In this document: piece by piece, positions 1 to 12,955 of the stretch
How the letters are laid out: each line of letters begins with the position of its first letter
Numbering within the stretch: the stretch's first letter is position 1
From: Mobula hypostoma
Lineage: Eukaryota
DNA: 64,000 nucleotides
NCBI RefSeq assembly: GCF_963921235.1
Contig: NC_086097.1
Span: 37,140,001 to 37,204,000, forward strand
Reading direction: 5' to 3'
Translations under genes and position numbers: made by a program
The notes under the pieces: generated by a model
Database searches by the model: none
What the model saw: the letters and a program-made list of their open reading frames with translations, nothing else
What the model was told of the DNA's origin: nothing

Positions 1-960
1 TAAATGATTTTGTGGAACACACTCATCTACAGCTATTTTAATGAAGTCCATTACAACCATAATGTATTCATTCAGATCCAGGGATGAGTCCTTCAACATG
101 ACCCAGTCCACCGACTCGAAGCAATCCCATACCTGCTCCTCGGACTCAAGCGACCACCTCGTTGTCCTAATTTCTGGAGCTTTCTCTTTAGCCTCTGCCT
201 GTATGCAGCTAGGAGGAGAGTCAAGTGATCTAATCTACTGAAATGCAGTCTGGGCATAGAACGGAAGGCATTCATTATCTTAGTATAACTGTGGTCTAGT
301 GTGTTGGGAGCTCGGGTGCTGTAGATTATATGCAGATGGTACTTGGGCAGGGTTTACGTCAAACAAGCCTAGGTGAAGTCCCCGACTATGATTTGAAATG
401 TGTCGGGATGAACTGTTTCAGGTTTGGAGGCGGCATTGTGCAGCATCTCAAGTACTTGATTATAGTCGGCCGTTGGTGGTACGTAAACTGCGGTCAAGAA
501 TATGGAGGAGAACTTCCTTAGTAAATAAACTGGACTGTATTTGTTCGGTGTTCAAGGTCAGGGAACATGAGTTCGACAAAACCACCACATCAGAGATGTT
601 TATAATGAAGAGTGTATGATGAAACGCAAACCATCACCTCTTTCCTTTTCTGTGTGCAGTTCAGTCCACACAGAAATTGAGAAGCCTTCCGGACTGATCA
701 TCATATCCGATGTGCTGGGAGAAAGCCAACTGTCGGTCAAACATAGAATACAACAATCTCTCATTTCTCTCCATTACATCAATCTTGCTCTCAGGTCCTC
801 AATTTTGTTCTCCAGCGACTGCACAATTGCTAACAAGATGCTGGGTAGAGGGGGCCTCATCCCTCTGTGTTTTCCCCTATTCTACCTCACTTCTGGCCAT
901 GGCGATGAACCTTCGTCTGTTTAAAGGTGCCATATCTCTCTGGTCTGCTGAGACCTTCAG
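1..960 (-). mobile_element. Rex1/Babar-like LINE, decayed 5' part (AP endonuclease region)
   Basis: Minus-strand translation fragments ...FQIIVGDF..., ...NTLDHSYTKIMNAFRSMPRLHFSRLDHL..., ...DCFESVDW..., with stops and frameshifts. Confidence 0.7.
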
Positions 961-3088
961 ACAATTGTGAAACCTGTAGGTCATTAAGCTGATTTAAAAG
1001 TGCATTGCTTAGAGGGAAATTACATGCTGTAAATTGCAGTGAGAGCTATTTGAAAGAGGCATACTTAAAAGTATATTTAGAAGTATTGTCCGCAGCCCAT
1101 AGAACGTTGTCATGGTTCACCAGTGCCATCGTGACTTTCAGTCTTCAAATTAACCACATAAAATCAGTCAAATGTGGAGCACAAGAAGAAATTGTGATCC
1201 TCTAAAAGTGAGGAAGGGAAGATTATTTACTTGTCAGAAAATAACTTTATTTACTCTATCATTATAAATTTTGCAGACTGAGCATCCATGTTTTTCAGTT
1301 CAATCTTAGCATCTTACTAAAAGTTCACCAGCCATCTGTTGAATTTGTTTGCATCAATTAACAACTAAATAGACAAATGTATTGTTTGAAAGTCAGAAAT
1401 CAAATGAAAAATTATAACTAGAGTAATGCAGAAGAGCATTATTCTAGTCTACAACAATATAACTCCTTAAATAAATTAAGATAGCCAACTGTTTACATAC
1501 TCAACCAATAACTGCCCTTGAGAGTATACTAGCTATCACAAATCTCTTTCACACCATTGCAGCAGTGTTTATTGTATGTTTAAATGTACCCCATAAATAC
1601 TGCACTAATAAATCTGGAGTCTAGCAAGCTTTCAAAGCAGTTGTTTCTCAAATTTCATAGCTTCTCTCAACCATAAAGCTGTCAAGTTGTTTCAAAGATG
1701 GCAAATTGAGGGTCAACATCATTTGAGTTCTTGCCCCTTCTTCCTGTTTCCGCTCCAGCAGATTTGAAAACTGTGAATTTCCCCAAAAAAAATTTGAAGT
1801 AGAACATCTCCACTGTTCTCAATATGCTTTGGAATGAGATTCAGTGTCAATGTTTCAATGCTCAAAATCTATTATTTGTGCTATTCGGAATAAAATTGCT
1901 TGAAGAATAATTAAGTGGCTACTAAATTGTTCTCAGGGCAGTTGAAAGCGAGAAAACGTTTTTTAAATATTATACAAATTTGAATCTGAATACCATGATC
2001 TCTGGTTAACAAACAAAACTGTTAGTTACATAACGGTCTAGGGACAGATTAACGTTTCCCAGGTTACTAAACATTATACTTTATTACATTTTAAGATGTA
2101 TATTTTTAAAATTGCAGCCAGCAGATAATATTTGCTGATTAGAGTTATACATGCATAATTAGAAAGATACTTTGACATCAGTAACACCCAAGGGTTTCTT
2201 GATCAAAGCTGCCACCAGATTCAAAGATTCCCTTCTATCTCAAAATAGAAAATCATGCCAAAGCCAATTAAAAATAAGGGAAAGTAGTACCAAAAACTAG
2301 CACTATCAGTATTTCCCTGTAATAATTAGATGCACAAAACCATCATCATCATCTATAGGGAACAAGGAATGAATTCATAAATGCAGCTATGCCAATGTCA
2401 GTCTTATGCCAAGAGCAAAAGAATCTTCCAGTATGCATGCCTGTCATTTGCTGTGTTTTTTGGACATGGAAGAAACCTTCATGCAATGCTTCTTAATTGA
2501 GATTTTATTAAACTTCTTGCAGCATTTTGATTATACTAACACAAAAAAGAAGCACCTTTATATTTTACGTGATAAAAATGTATTGATGAGAACCCCAATC
2601 TTGGTCTCAAGTATTTACCAACATTTGTATTTAATTTTGCCCACATCTCAAAATCCAAGGTCACTGAGAATATACACTTCCTTGAAGAACAGATAAAACC
2701 AGAATTTCTATGCAGTTAAACTTCTACAAAACACCATCGTTATATAAGGATAACAGCACTGGAGGAAGTTTTCAACATAAAATATGCTTTTATATACGAT
2801 TGGAACTTCAATTATATACAAAAGGAGCAGAAATTATGTTATTACTTTAAATTTCTAAAATCCAATCTCCAACTTTACAGTGGGTGTTTTCAAGAAGAGT
2901 ATTTCAGTTTATAAGCAATAATGCCTATTTTTAATAATTCATCAGTTTTACAAACTTGGTTTCCATCTACCAAGAAGTCCATATTTCAACATTCCCACAA
3001 CCTACTTTGTGACAGTAGAAGAAAAAAAAAGCACAGAAATAATCATTGACTTGACCTTATGTTAACTCATGCGGCTCATGTGCAAATA

Positions 3089-3844
3089 CAGCCTGAGTAG
3101 CCCTTATCTGAAATGCTTGGTGTTTTGGATTTCAGATCTTTTCAGATTTGGGAATATATAGAGACAGCTTAGGATCACCATCATTTCCAGTTTTGAATAT
3201 ATGTGCTACTGGTAAGCAGTATTTGTCTTACTATATCTGAATCAGCTGTTGAACAACAACAAACGGCAGGCTTTCAGTCTCTACCTACAATAACATGTTT
3301 TGATTAAAAGGTTACAGTACACTGTATTTGCATTTTACTTTTTAAGGTTTTATGTAAGGTATTAAAACTTGTTCTGGTGGTTGATCTTGGCAAACTCAAT
3401 GAATTTCTCTGCTGCTTCATGGTCAGCAAATGCTTTAAGAATTTAATGCTGTGCCCTTTCTTACATTTTTGCAACCAGCCTACTGAATATTCACAATTAC
3501 CTTCAATTTTCAGTTCGTTGTGATAGATCTTTACTTGTTTCATGATCAGCATACTGTTAAGCGGCATATGTATACCCCGCTGCTGACGAATCCACTCTTT
3601 CAATACACAATCGAGGTCTTAATATTTCACCTTAGTCAGTGTTTTTCTGTTTTACATTAACTTCTCTTCATTACATATATGAGGTAGCTTCTCGGAACTG
3701 TCTGTGGTGTGCAGAGACCTGCGCATCATCAGGGAACCTTCGTCGCATCTTGTGGAATTTTCTATTTGTAACATAATGTCAACACTCAAAAAAATTTTGG
3801 ATTTCAGAGATTTTTGGACTTTCAAAAAAGGGGTTTTCAACATA
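3089..3844 (-). mobile_element. pogo/Tigger-like DNA transposon, internally deleted
   Basis: TA|CAGCCTGAGTAGCCCTTATCTGAAATGCTTGG left end; right end ...GGGGTTTTCAACATA|TA. ORF 3304-3603 encodes a CENP-B-type HTH fragment (EWIRQQRG..PLNSMLIMKQVK..YSVGWLQK). Confidence 0.75.
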
Positions 3845-4084
3845 TACATCAATTTGCATTTGTACAACACCTTTACTGTGGAAATGCATGCACAAATAAA
3901 TAAAGGGGAAATCAATACAGAATCAAAAACATTAGCTTGGCCAATGTAATAATGCTTTATGGTGTCTTAAAAGGAGGAAAAGAAAAGAAAACTACCAAGA
4001 AGTTAGTGAGGAGAAGGGAATGATTTTGCAGAATTTTAACAAGGTACTTGAAATCATACTCAACAATATAGAATCATCTCCACA

Positions 4085-4570
4085 CCGCCCCAACTCACCA
4101 TCAAATTTCTGAGCAGTCCATGAACTCCACAGTACTATTCCTTTTTTTTGGCACGTTATTTATTTTGTAATATTTTGTAATTTTGCCTTGGTACTGCACT
4201 GATGCCACAAAACAACAAATTTTACATCATACACAACAGTGATAATAAACGTGATTCCACTAAAACTGATTTTGATTCTGATGTGGTGTTCAGGAGGTTA
4301 AAAGCATAAAATCACAATCAGATTCAGGATTCATATCACCAGCATATGTCGTGAAATTTGTCAATTTAGTGGCAGCACTACAATGCAATACATGCTAAAT
4401 ATAAAAGAAAATAAATAAATTACAGTAACTATACATGTGTATATTAAATAGATACAATAAAATTAGTAGTACAAAAACAGAAATAATAAAAATGAGGTGG
4501 TGTTTATGGGTTCAACGTCCATTTAGAAATCGGATGGCAGACTGGAAGAAGCTGTTTGTGAATAGTTGAA
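4085..4570. mobile_element. Two Rex/Babar-like LINE 3' end remnants in opposite orientation
   Basis: Plus: caaaacaacaaattttacatcata...gataataaac..gattc. Minus: aatcagattcagg..tatcaccagcatatgtcgtgaaatttg, the same 3' motif as 41900-42050. Confidence 0.5.
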
Positions 4571-4593
4571 TCACAGTATAGCAAGGGAGAATA

Positions 4594-5515
4594 TACAGAA
4601 TACAGAACAGTACCACACAGGAACAGGCCCTTAGGTCCACAATGATGTGCTGAGCTATTAAAAGCTAATGATGCTTAATTGCACTAATCCCTTCTACTTA
4701 CATATGGTCCACATCACTTTATTCGTCTACATATTCATGTGCATATCTGAGAGCATTTTAAACACTTCTATCATACCTGCCTCCACTATTATTCTGGCAG
4801 CACATGCCAAGCAATACCACTCTGTGTAAAAAACTTGTCTTGTGCATTACTTTTGAACTTCCACCCGGCCTACAACACCCTTCACCTTAAATATATACCC
4901 TCTGGTATTAGGCATTGTAACCCCAGGATAAAGATACTGGCTATCTATGCCTCTCAGAATTTAATAACTTCATCAGGAAGGTGATATAAATGAGGCTGGA
5001 GTCAGAAGAAAACATACCAAAGAGAACCATACAGTTTTAGAGTCACAGAGCACTATACACAGAAGCAGGTCCATCGGCCCATCTGGTCTGTGCTGAACTA
5101 TATTCTGCCTAGTCCCATCAGCCTTCATCTGGACTAGCCCTCGATATCTTTCTCAACCTGTGTCCAAGTTTGTCTTAAATGTTAAAATCAAACCTCATCC
5201 ACCGCTTCCATTGGCAGCTCGTTTCACACTCTCACCACCCTCTGAGTAAAGAAGATCCCCCCTCATGTTTCCCTTAAACATTTCACCTTTCACCCGTAAC
5301 ACATGACCTTCAGTTCTAGTCTCACCCAATCTCAGTGGAAATAGCCTGCTTGCAATTACCCTATCTCTACCCCTCACCATTTTGTGTGCCTCTACCATAT
5401 CTCCCCTCATTCTCCTATGCTCCAGGGAATGAAGGGGAATAGAGTCTTAACCTATTCAACCTCTCTCTATAGCTGAGGTCCTCAAGTTCCAACAACATCC
5501 TGGTAAATTTTCTCA
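4594..5515 (-). mobile_element. Two CR1-family LINE 3' fragments (~4594-4975 and ~5038-5515)
   Basis: ORF 5195-5410 MRGDMVEAHKMVRGRDRV..LFP..TRTEGH is a CR1 ORF2 C-terminus; 3' UTR motifs present. Confidence 0.8.
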
Positions 5516-5833
5516 GTTTTAGCTATCGAGAATGCAAGTTCTAAAAATGATACTCCAGGTGCATGAGCCACATTTGGGGTTGTTATGAAGATAGACGACT
5601 GGGGCTTAACACAGCACAAAAAATACAGAGCAGAAACTTGGCTGAACTGAAATTTATTGGAGATGGGGGCGGCAGTTGGAGGTTAATGATCATTGAGTAA
5701 TAAAGAAAAGCTATTAACTTTGGATTTAAAAACGCAAACAACAGGAGTTCTGCAGATGCTGGAAATTCAGGCAACACACATCAAAGTTGCTGGTTAACAC
5801 AGCAGGCCAGGCAGCATCTCTAGGAAGAGGCAC

Positions 5834-5869
5834 CGTCGACGTTTCAGGCCGAGACCCTTCGTCAGGACT
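5834..5869 (-). ncRNA. Minimal hammerhead ribozyme motif (PLE type)
   Basis: Minus: AGUC-CUGACGA-AGG gucucgg CCU-GAA-ACGU-C-GACG; core intact, 3 bp of helix I. Confidence 0.65.
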
Positions 5870-6017
5870 AACTGAAGGAAAAGTTAGTAAGAGATTTGAA
5901 AGTGGGAGGGGGAGATCCAAAATGATAGGAGAACTCCCCTTCCTGTCTTCTCCTATCATTTTGGATCTCCCCCTCCCCCTCCCACTTGCAAATCTCTTAC
6001 TAACTTTTCCTTCAGTT

Positions 6018-6053
6018 AGTCCTGACGAAGGGTCTCGGCCTGAAACGTCGACT
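6018..6053 (+). ncRNA. Minimal hammerhead ribozyme motif (PLE type)
   Basis: AGUC-CUGACGA-AGG gucucgg CCU-GAA-ACGU-C-GACU: helix I AGUC/GACU, helix II AGG/CCU, palindromic ACGU helix III. Predicted cleavage between 6049 and 6050. Confidence 0.72.
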
Positions 6054-7234
6054 GTGCCTCTTCCTAGAGATGCTGCCTGGCCTGCTGCGTTCACCAGCAA
6101 CTTTGATGTGTGTTGCTATTAAGTTTGGAGATACTTTACTGACAAATTGAGTCTGGTAGGGACAAATTTGGATTGTGTATGGTAGCAGAGATAGGTGGTT
6201 TTTGTCATACATCATGGAAACAGGATATTTGGCCCACCAGATCCATGCTGATTAGCAGGTGTCCTTCCTTATTAATCCTGATTTCCATCACTCAGTCTGA
6301 AGACTTCAACATATCCCCTAGGAATCTCTTACCGTTTGTTTATAGTTAGCTTTAATTTCAATTTTTAAATGATTCTCAAATTCTGTCATTTAATTTTTTT
6401 ATTAAATCCTCATAGAATTTATAGCCAGCAAAACTGCACAAGTGCTTTGCCAGCTGTCAAGGTTTTTGGGGTGTTTTAGGAACACAAGTCATGGAGTAAA
6501 AGTAACTTGTATTAATTCTGTTTCAAAAATTTCAAGCAATTATTCAAATTCTTATAACTGTGAGGAAGTCCCTCTAGTAGATATCCACATGCACTTATGA
6601 AGAAAAATCTAATGAATTTTAACATAAAAGTGTCTGAGAAAAACAAACTGACAGAGGCTAAGGGTCAAATCCTGGAATGCTTATATTTTTACTAAGCTCT
6701 GGAAAGTGATTATTAAATTTGGACACCAGGGAAATCATATCTGAAATAAGTTATATCATTGTCAACAACCAAGCGTCTGCATAGAATAATAGAAAGGTGC
6801 ATCACAGAAGGCCATTTCACCAATTAAGTCCACAACACACAGGAAAAATGGTTCTACAAAGTTCAATCACATTTCCTAGTTCCGGATCTGTTAACTTGGA
6901 GGTTTCAGTACAATATAATTTTTCAAGACAGTTTCAGATGGGATGAATGTTACTACATCTACCATTCATTCAGATAAATCTATTATCTAAATCCATATCC
7001 TTATTATTGACTTCACTTTTATGCAATACGTCTGTCTGAGCTCCTGTTTCTGAGATTTCTTAATTTTCATCCACTTCATTTAAATCTTCCCTGAACCGCC
7101 TCTGCTCCATAGATTAAATTAAGATTAATATTCAGATTAAATTAACCTTGAATTGTTAGCCTGGAGTAACAATGCCTGTTGAAAACAATAATAAAATAAG
7201 CCACTTAAAAATCACCATGTTACGGTTAAAAAAA

Positions 7235-7335
7235 AGAACACATTTAACTCTTGAGCAACACTCAGCCGGTCAGTGAGCATCTATGCAGGGGAAATAAATA
7301 GTTGATGTTGCGAGCTGAGACCCTTCATCAGGACT
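7235..7335 (-). mobile_element. Decayed PLE terminal-repeat remnant
   Basis: caacactcagccggtcagtgagcatctatg...gagacccttcatcaggac, homologous to the other PLE ends. Confidence 0.6.
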
Positions 7336-8559
7336 TACAATTCATTGGAGGTAGGCTGTTATTATTAAGAGAAAGAGTAGAACAATGTTTCATAAAATGG
7401 TGCTGAGTGGACAGTGCCTATTCAGCTACAGATAATTTCACATAAAATGCAGCATGGATGATTCTTTCTACTTAATTGCTTGGATTTACTTTCTAAAATA
7501 TGAATCTAGATTCTAATTCTCAAACAAAATGTCACATCTGCTCAATTCAAATACTAAAACTCTAACTATAATAAAAAGTTTTGCATAATATACCATATTC
7601 TCTGCACAATTCCCAAAGACTGTAGAGGTTAATGCCTCAGGGCTTTTGCAAAACAATGAGAAGCACACTGCCAAATATTAAATAAACAGGCTACATTGTG
7701 CCATATTTAGGTAATAAATTGTGTTTAATTAAAAATGCTCACACTGTTCTAACTGAAACATAATATGCAGAAATTATTTGTTCTGAATGTTTGAACCAAG
7801 GGCAATATTTCTAATATTTAATAAACAAAAACAGTTAGAGTACTCTGGTTAAGAATTAAAAAGACAAGTGCCTCCACCAGTCTTGCTTTATTTATCAGCA
7901 ACATGTTTGTTGAGTATTAAACCAAGACTGATAGAATTGTTATTCTGCAGGGTAGCCAAGTTTGCACTTACTCAATGCTCTTACTTTATTCATGCTAAAT
8001 TAAATGTGATGTACCATCCAAAATATCTCTATAAATCTAGATGCCAGACTAGATACAAAATTGATAAACTATCAAAATAAGCGACAAAGCTGTTTTAGGG
8101 CAGCTGAAAAAGAGATAGTAATACATGGAAATAATATTCTAATTTAACAAAAGAAAGAAAATTTACATAGTTTTAGCATCTCTTCAAATATACAAATAAA
8201 TTTCTTGCAACTCTAAACCCTAAAAAATATCAAATATCATTCTATGCAAGTTTGATAAGCTATCCTTAGCCATCCCTCAACTCATCTACAGCCTCAGTGA
8301 AGAGAAGAACACTCTTTTCAGTGTTAGAATGGATAGGGTGGCTAATTCCCTGATCACTGTCGGCATTTCTCTCTTCAGCAATCACTTAACTAAAGAATTA
8401 AGTTTTCGGACACATAACCATTCTATCACCAAATCTGTTTTTTTTTGCCATCACTTCTGTTTTTGTCCATTTCCATCCTTGTTCTCATTACTTCTGGACT
8501 TGGCAAAAAGTCAGCCTCCTATCTTCCACGTGATAACAACACTCGTACTAATCCAAACT

Positions 8560-8965
8560 CTGTTTTTATAAATTAATTTGTACCAAGTCCATTTAATCCT
8601 TGTTTCACTTGTTTCTGGTTTACTGGATTTTAAAAAGCTCATTCTTTTTCTCAAATCTTCTATTGCGCTGCCCCTCCCTATTCTTCAGTTCTATGTGGCG
8701 TCAAGCTTTCAAATTCTGACACTTCTGATTTTAATTACACCACCAGTGAAGGCAACTTTTTCAATTATTTTATCCTTAAATTCTAAAATATCCCTCATCA
8801 TACTCTCACCATGTCTTTCTTTTAAATTCTCCTTGCTCCAACTGTTTGATTGGGTATTTTAATACCTGTTCTTATATCATCTTCCAAGATTTACTGTCAA
8901 ATTCATTACAGTCTTGTTAAGTACCTTGAGAGTTTGTGCTACATTACAGGTTCTACATAAGTGCA
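8560..8965 (+). mobile_element. Ancient L2-type LINE 3' tail
   Basis: Ends cttgttaagtaccttgagagtttgtgctacattacaggttctacataagtgcaac, resembling the L2/SINE tail consensus (GTGAAGCGCCTTGGGAC...AAAGGCGCTATATAAATGCAA). Confidence 0.45.
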
Positions 8966-11661
8966 ACTTTTAAATGTTATCAATGGACAAGTAAAGGTCA
9001 CTTTCAGTAAGTAAACGTCAGAAACACAACACTTACTTTATAAAAGATAGTAATTTCAATTACAGAGAAAAATTATGCAAAGAGAGAAACAAATATTGTC
9101 TAAAGTTTTAAGCACCAGGTCAGCTTGGAACAACTCAATAATTTCTATTGTTACCGAGTAGAATTTGAGAAAGCAGGAATTTAAAAAATGCAAGTTTTTA
9201 TAATTACAGTTGAAGCACATGGATTGAAATTAAACATTATTTAATATTCATTAGCTATACCATTTAATGTATCAAATAAGTTAAATTATAAAAAATAGGA
9301 AGTATAAAATTTAAAAATCTGATTCAGTCAATATATTTTCTCAAGAAAATAAGTCATTAATTGAGAAATGCTAATTTTGACTGGATGTTAAGACTGTAGG
9401 GAATTGCAAAATTCCGAAATCCACAAAGTGAAACGCTTCTTTGTCATTATGGTATATATTTTGCAGACAGTCAGAAATCAAAGTCTATTAAAATGTAAAG
9501 TTTGTTATTCATTGAGACAACATTTAAAGGTTTTAAATGGTCATGCATGAAATAACTAAGGATCCATGGAATAAATTTGAGAATTTTCAGGTGCTAATTT
9601 ACATGCTAAAGACTACTGCAGATGAAGTACACTCAACCTCATCAGAATGAACTGTCTAGACCAAAATGATTTTGTTTTCATAACTCTATAATTTCTGTAC
9701 TGCACATACTGCACATGAAAGAACAAAGTGTAATTATCATAAATAAAAATAACCAAGACCTTAAGGATTAAGCACTCCATCTTGAAAAACATAATTTTAC
9801 TTTTTAGGAAAAATTATATCTGCACACCTGCTGTTCTGTCATTGTGCAGGAAACCATATCAGATCCACATCATAAAGTGGTATAACACCACTTATTAAAG
9901 CATTAATCATGTTCTATTTGTCCTAACAGACTGGTAAAATTTACTATTATAATCACTAAAACTATTATTAAGCAAAACCTGAGTTTGATATTTTACAGAA
10001 ACACACTCTAACCTCAGAAGCAATACCTATTCTGAAGGGTCCTTCTCTATACCTACTAACAATTTAAAAGCAGAGGATTAAGAATCCAAACATGAAAGAA
10101 TCCATGGCTTTAGATAGCATCTCTTCAGTAATATGTTTGATTTAAGTGTCAATTTAAAAATCCAAACCTAACTCAATAGTTTTAGAAAACCTTATCCGAA
10201 GCAAGGATAAAAATGTACAAACATATACAATATAGAATGATTTATATTACTTGCAAAAGAATGTTTAACTTAATGAATAGTTATAATTTTAAAGAATGTA
10301 AACCTGTCAACACATATCACCTTTGGCAGCTTTTAAATATTTACTTTTGCAGACTATTTACAAATGTTTCTTAAAGAATGAAACAATATCAATAATTTAC
10401 AAACTATAGTAGCAATGTCATTTCATTTCTGTTAAAGAAAGTGATAAATCAAAACAAAATTTTAAAAACGATACGTAAAAATAGGAGCAAAATCCTGAAA
10501 TTAAAGATTTGTTCTCATGAGGCTACGATAACTGCCTACCACATTTCATCTTGCCAACCCCTCCCAAATGCCACCACACACCATATCATCTGGAAGATCA
10601 AAAGTCTCAAAGAAGAGGTGCAAAGCAGATGAACACTCTGCTGCTAATTAGATAGCAGGCTGTTGTTGGGGAGCAGGAAGAGCTGGGGAGCAGCAGTGTC
10701 AGTGGCAAGAATGAAGAAGAAATGAGAGAAGAGGTCAAAAGACCAAATCAGGAATAACAATATGTGGAAAACCATACAAGGCTATTCAGTTTTAGAAGGT
10801 ACAGTTGAGACGGGAATTAAATCATAGTGTGAATATTCAAATTATTGTTTCCACAATCAGGATTTCACCTTTGCTTGTAAGATCAGTAATCATTATCTAT
10901 TGCTAACTGTCTTCAAATGGGTGGTACCAAACTTTCTTCTTGAACTACTCTAGGCAATGCGAAGATACACCTATTGAATGTTTGGTAGGCAGTCTTGGGA
11001 TTTCGACTCAACAATGTAAGAAAAGCAATACATTTTTAAGTCAGAACTTGTTTTGATTTAGAAGCAGTCATTCTCTTACAATTGCTATCTTGTCCTTATC
11101 CTTCCATGTAGTGCAAGTCATTGGTTGGAGATATTGCTGGAGAAACAACCTCAGAGATTTGCAGCCGTGTTTCTTCCAAATGTCACACAATAAAGTATTC
11201 TTCAGTCAGCATTGAAAGGAGTGAACATTTAATGAGGTCAGAGGTCAGATTTGTTGAAAATGGGAAAATAGCTGGAATAATAAAAGACCTTGTAATGGGA
11301 CATGTCCAGCTAACTCAACAAGAATAACAAAAAGCAAGTTTTTATTTAAATTCTATGGTACAAACGAATCCAGGATCCTGAAGGACTGCCATACAGCTGC
11401 ATCAGATAATAAGTAATGCTAATGAAACATTGTTTATTACTGCAAAACACACTTAGTGGCCACTTCATTAGGTACACAGGTACAACTGCTCATTAAAATG
11501 CAAATATCTAATCAGCCAATCGTGTGGCAACAATTCAATGAATAAAAGCATGCAGACATGGTCAAGAGGCTCAGATCAAACATCAGAAAGGTGAAGAAAT
11601 GTGACCCAAGTGAATTTCACCATGGAATGATTGTTGATGCGAGACAGGGTAGTCTGAGTAT

Positions 11662-11935
11662 CTATTTCAAAACAGAGGTGCAGCGAAATTTCTTTAGCCA
11701 AAGGGTGGTGAATTTGTGGAATTTGTTGCCACATGCAGCTGTGGAGGCCAGGTCGTTGGGTGTATTTAAGGCAGAGACTGAGTGGTTCTTGATTGGACAT
11801 GGCATCAAAGGTTACGGGGAGAAGGCTGGGAACTGGGGTTGAAGAGAAGAAAAAAGAATCAGCAATGATTGAATGGCGGAGCAGACTCAATGGACCAGAT
11901 GGCCTAATTCTGCCTATGTCTTATGGTCTTACAAT
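11662..11935 (+). mobile_element. CR1 LINE 3' end
   Basis: FKTEVQRNFFSQRVVNLWNLLP..AVEARSLGVFKAE.., 3' UTR ending tatgtcttatggtct. Confidence 0.85.
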
Positions 11936-12955
11936 GGTCTGCTCCGCCATTCTATTATAGCTGATTTATTATTCCTCTCAACCCCATTCTCCTGCCTTCT
12001 CCCTCTAACCTTTGACACCCTGACTAAGCAAGAAACTATCAACCTCCCCCTTAAATATAACCAGTGACTCAGTGGCTAAATAAACTCCTCCTCCTCCTCC
12101 TCCTGTTCTAAATAGATGTCCCTCTATTCCGATGTTGTGCCCTCTGGCCCTAGACTTCCCTGCTATCAGAAACATCCTCCCCACATCCACTCTACCTAGA
12201 CCTCACAATAATCAATACATTTCAATGAGATCCCCCCCTCATTCCTCTCAACTCCAGTGTGTACAGGCCCAAAGCCACCAATTGATCCTCATACAATAAC
12301 CCTTTCATTCCTGGAATCATTCCCATGAACCTCCTTTGGACCCTATCCAATGCCAGCACATCCTTTCATAGATAAGGGGTCCAAAACTGCTCAAAGTACT
12401 CCAAGTGCAGTCTGACCAGCGTCTTCTAAAGACTCAGCACTATAGCCTTGCTTTTAAGTTCTTGTCCTCTCAAAATGAATGCTCACATTGTATTTTCCTT
12501 CCTTACTCCCGACTCAACCTGAAAGTTAACCATTAGGGAATCCTGTACTTCTGGTTTCTAAATTTTCTTCCCATTTGCCATTTCTTTGCCCATTCTCCCA
12601 AGCCCTTCTGCGGACTCCCTGCCTCCTCAACACTACCTGCCCCTCTGGCTATCTTTACATCATCCGCAAACTTGGCCATAAAGCCACAAATTCTGTCATC
12701 CAAATCACTGACACATTTAATTTGAAAAGAGGCAGTCGCAACACCAACCTTCATGGAACACCACTAACAGACGGACAGCGAACCAGAAAAGGCCCCCAAA
12801 ATTCCCACTCTTTGCCTCCTGCCAATCAGACAAGCTTCTATATATGCTACACAAACTTAAGGAAACAAAAGTGAGCTGAAACCTCATCCTTAATAATGGA
12901 CTCTAACATCTCCCCAACCATTGAATTGAGACTAACTGACCTAAAATTTCCTTTT

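Larger units (their letters stand above)
5725..6114. mobile_element. Penelope-like element terminal repeat inserted as a fold-back palindrome
   Basis: Arms ~5771-5933 and 5948-6116 are near-perfect reverse complements with a 14-nt spacer. An extra tail is present only on the left. Flanked by GCTATTAACTTTGGA (5710-5724) and GCTATTAAGTTTGGA (6115-6129). Confidence 0.88.

Noticed and set aside
3304..3603. Possible domesticated TIGD/JRKL-like gene
   Set aside because: Short, lacks the DDE domain, and lies between transposon TIRs.
5726..6122. Two near-identical ORFs on opposite strands (124 aa and 111 aa)
   Set aside because: Mirror-image artefact of the DNA palindrome; non-coding PLE terminal repeat.
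10830..11230. Possible very old CR1/L2 fragment
   Set aside because: Similarity too degraded to support by eye.
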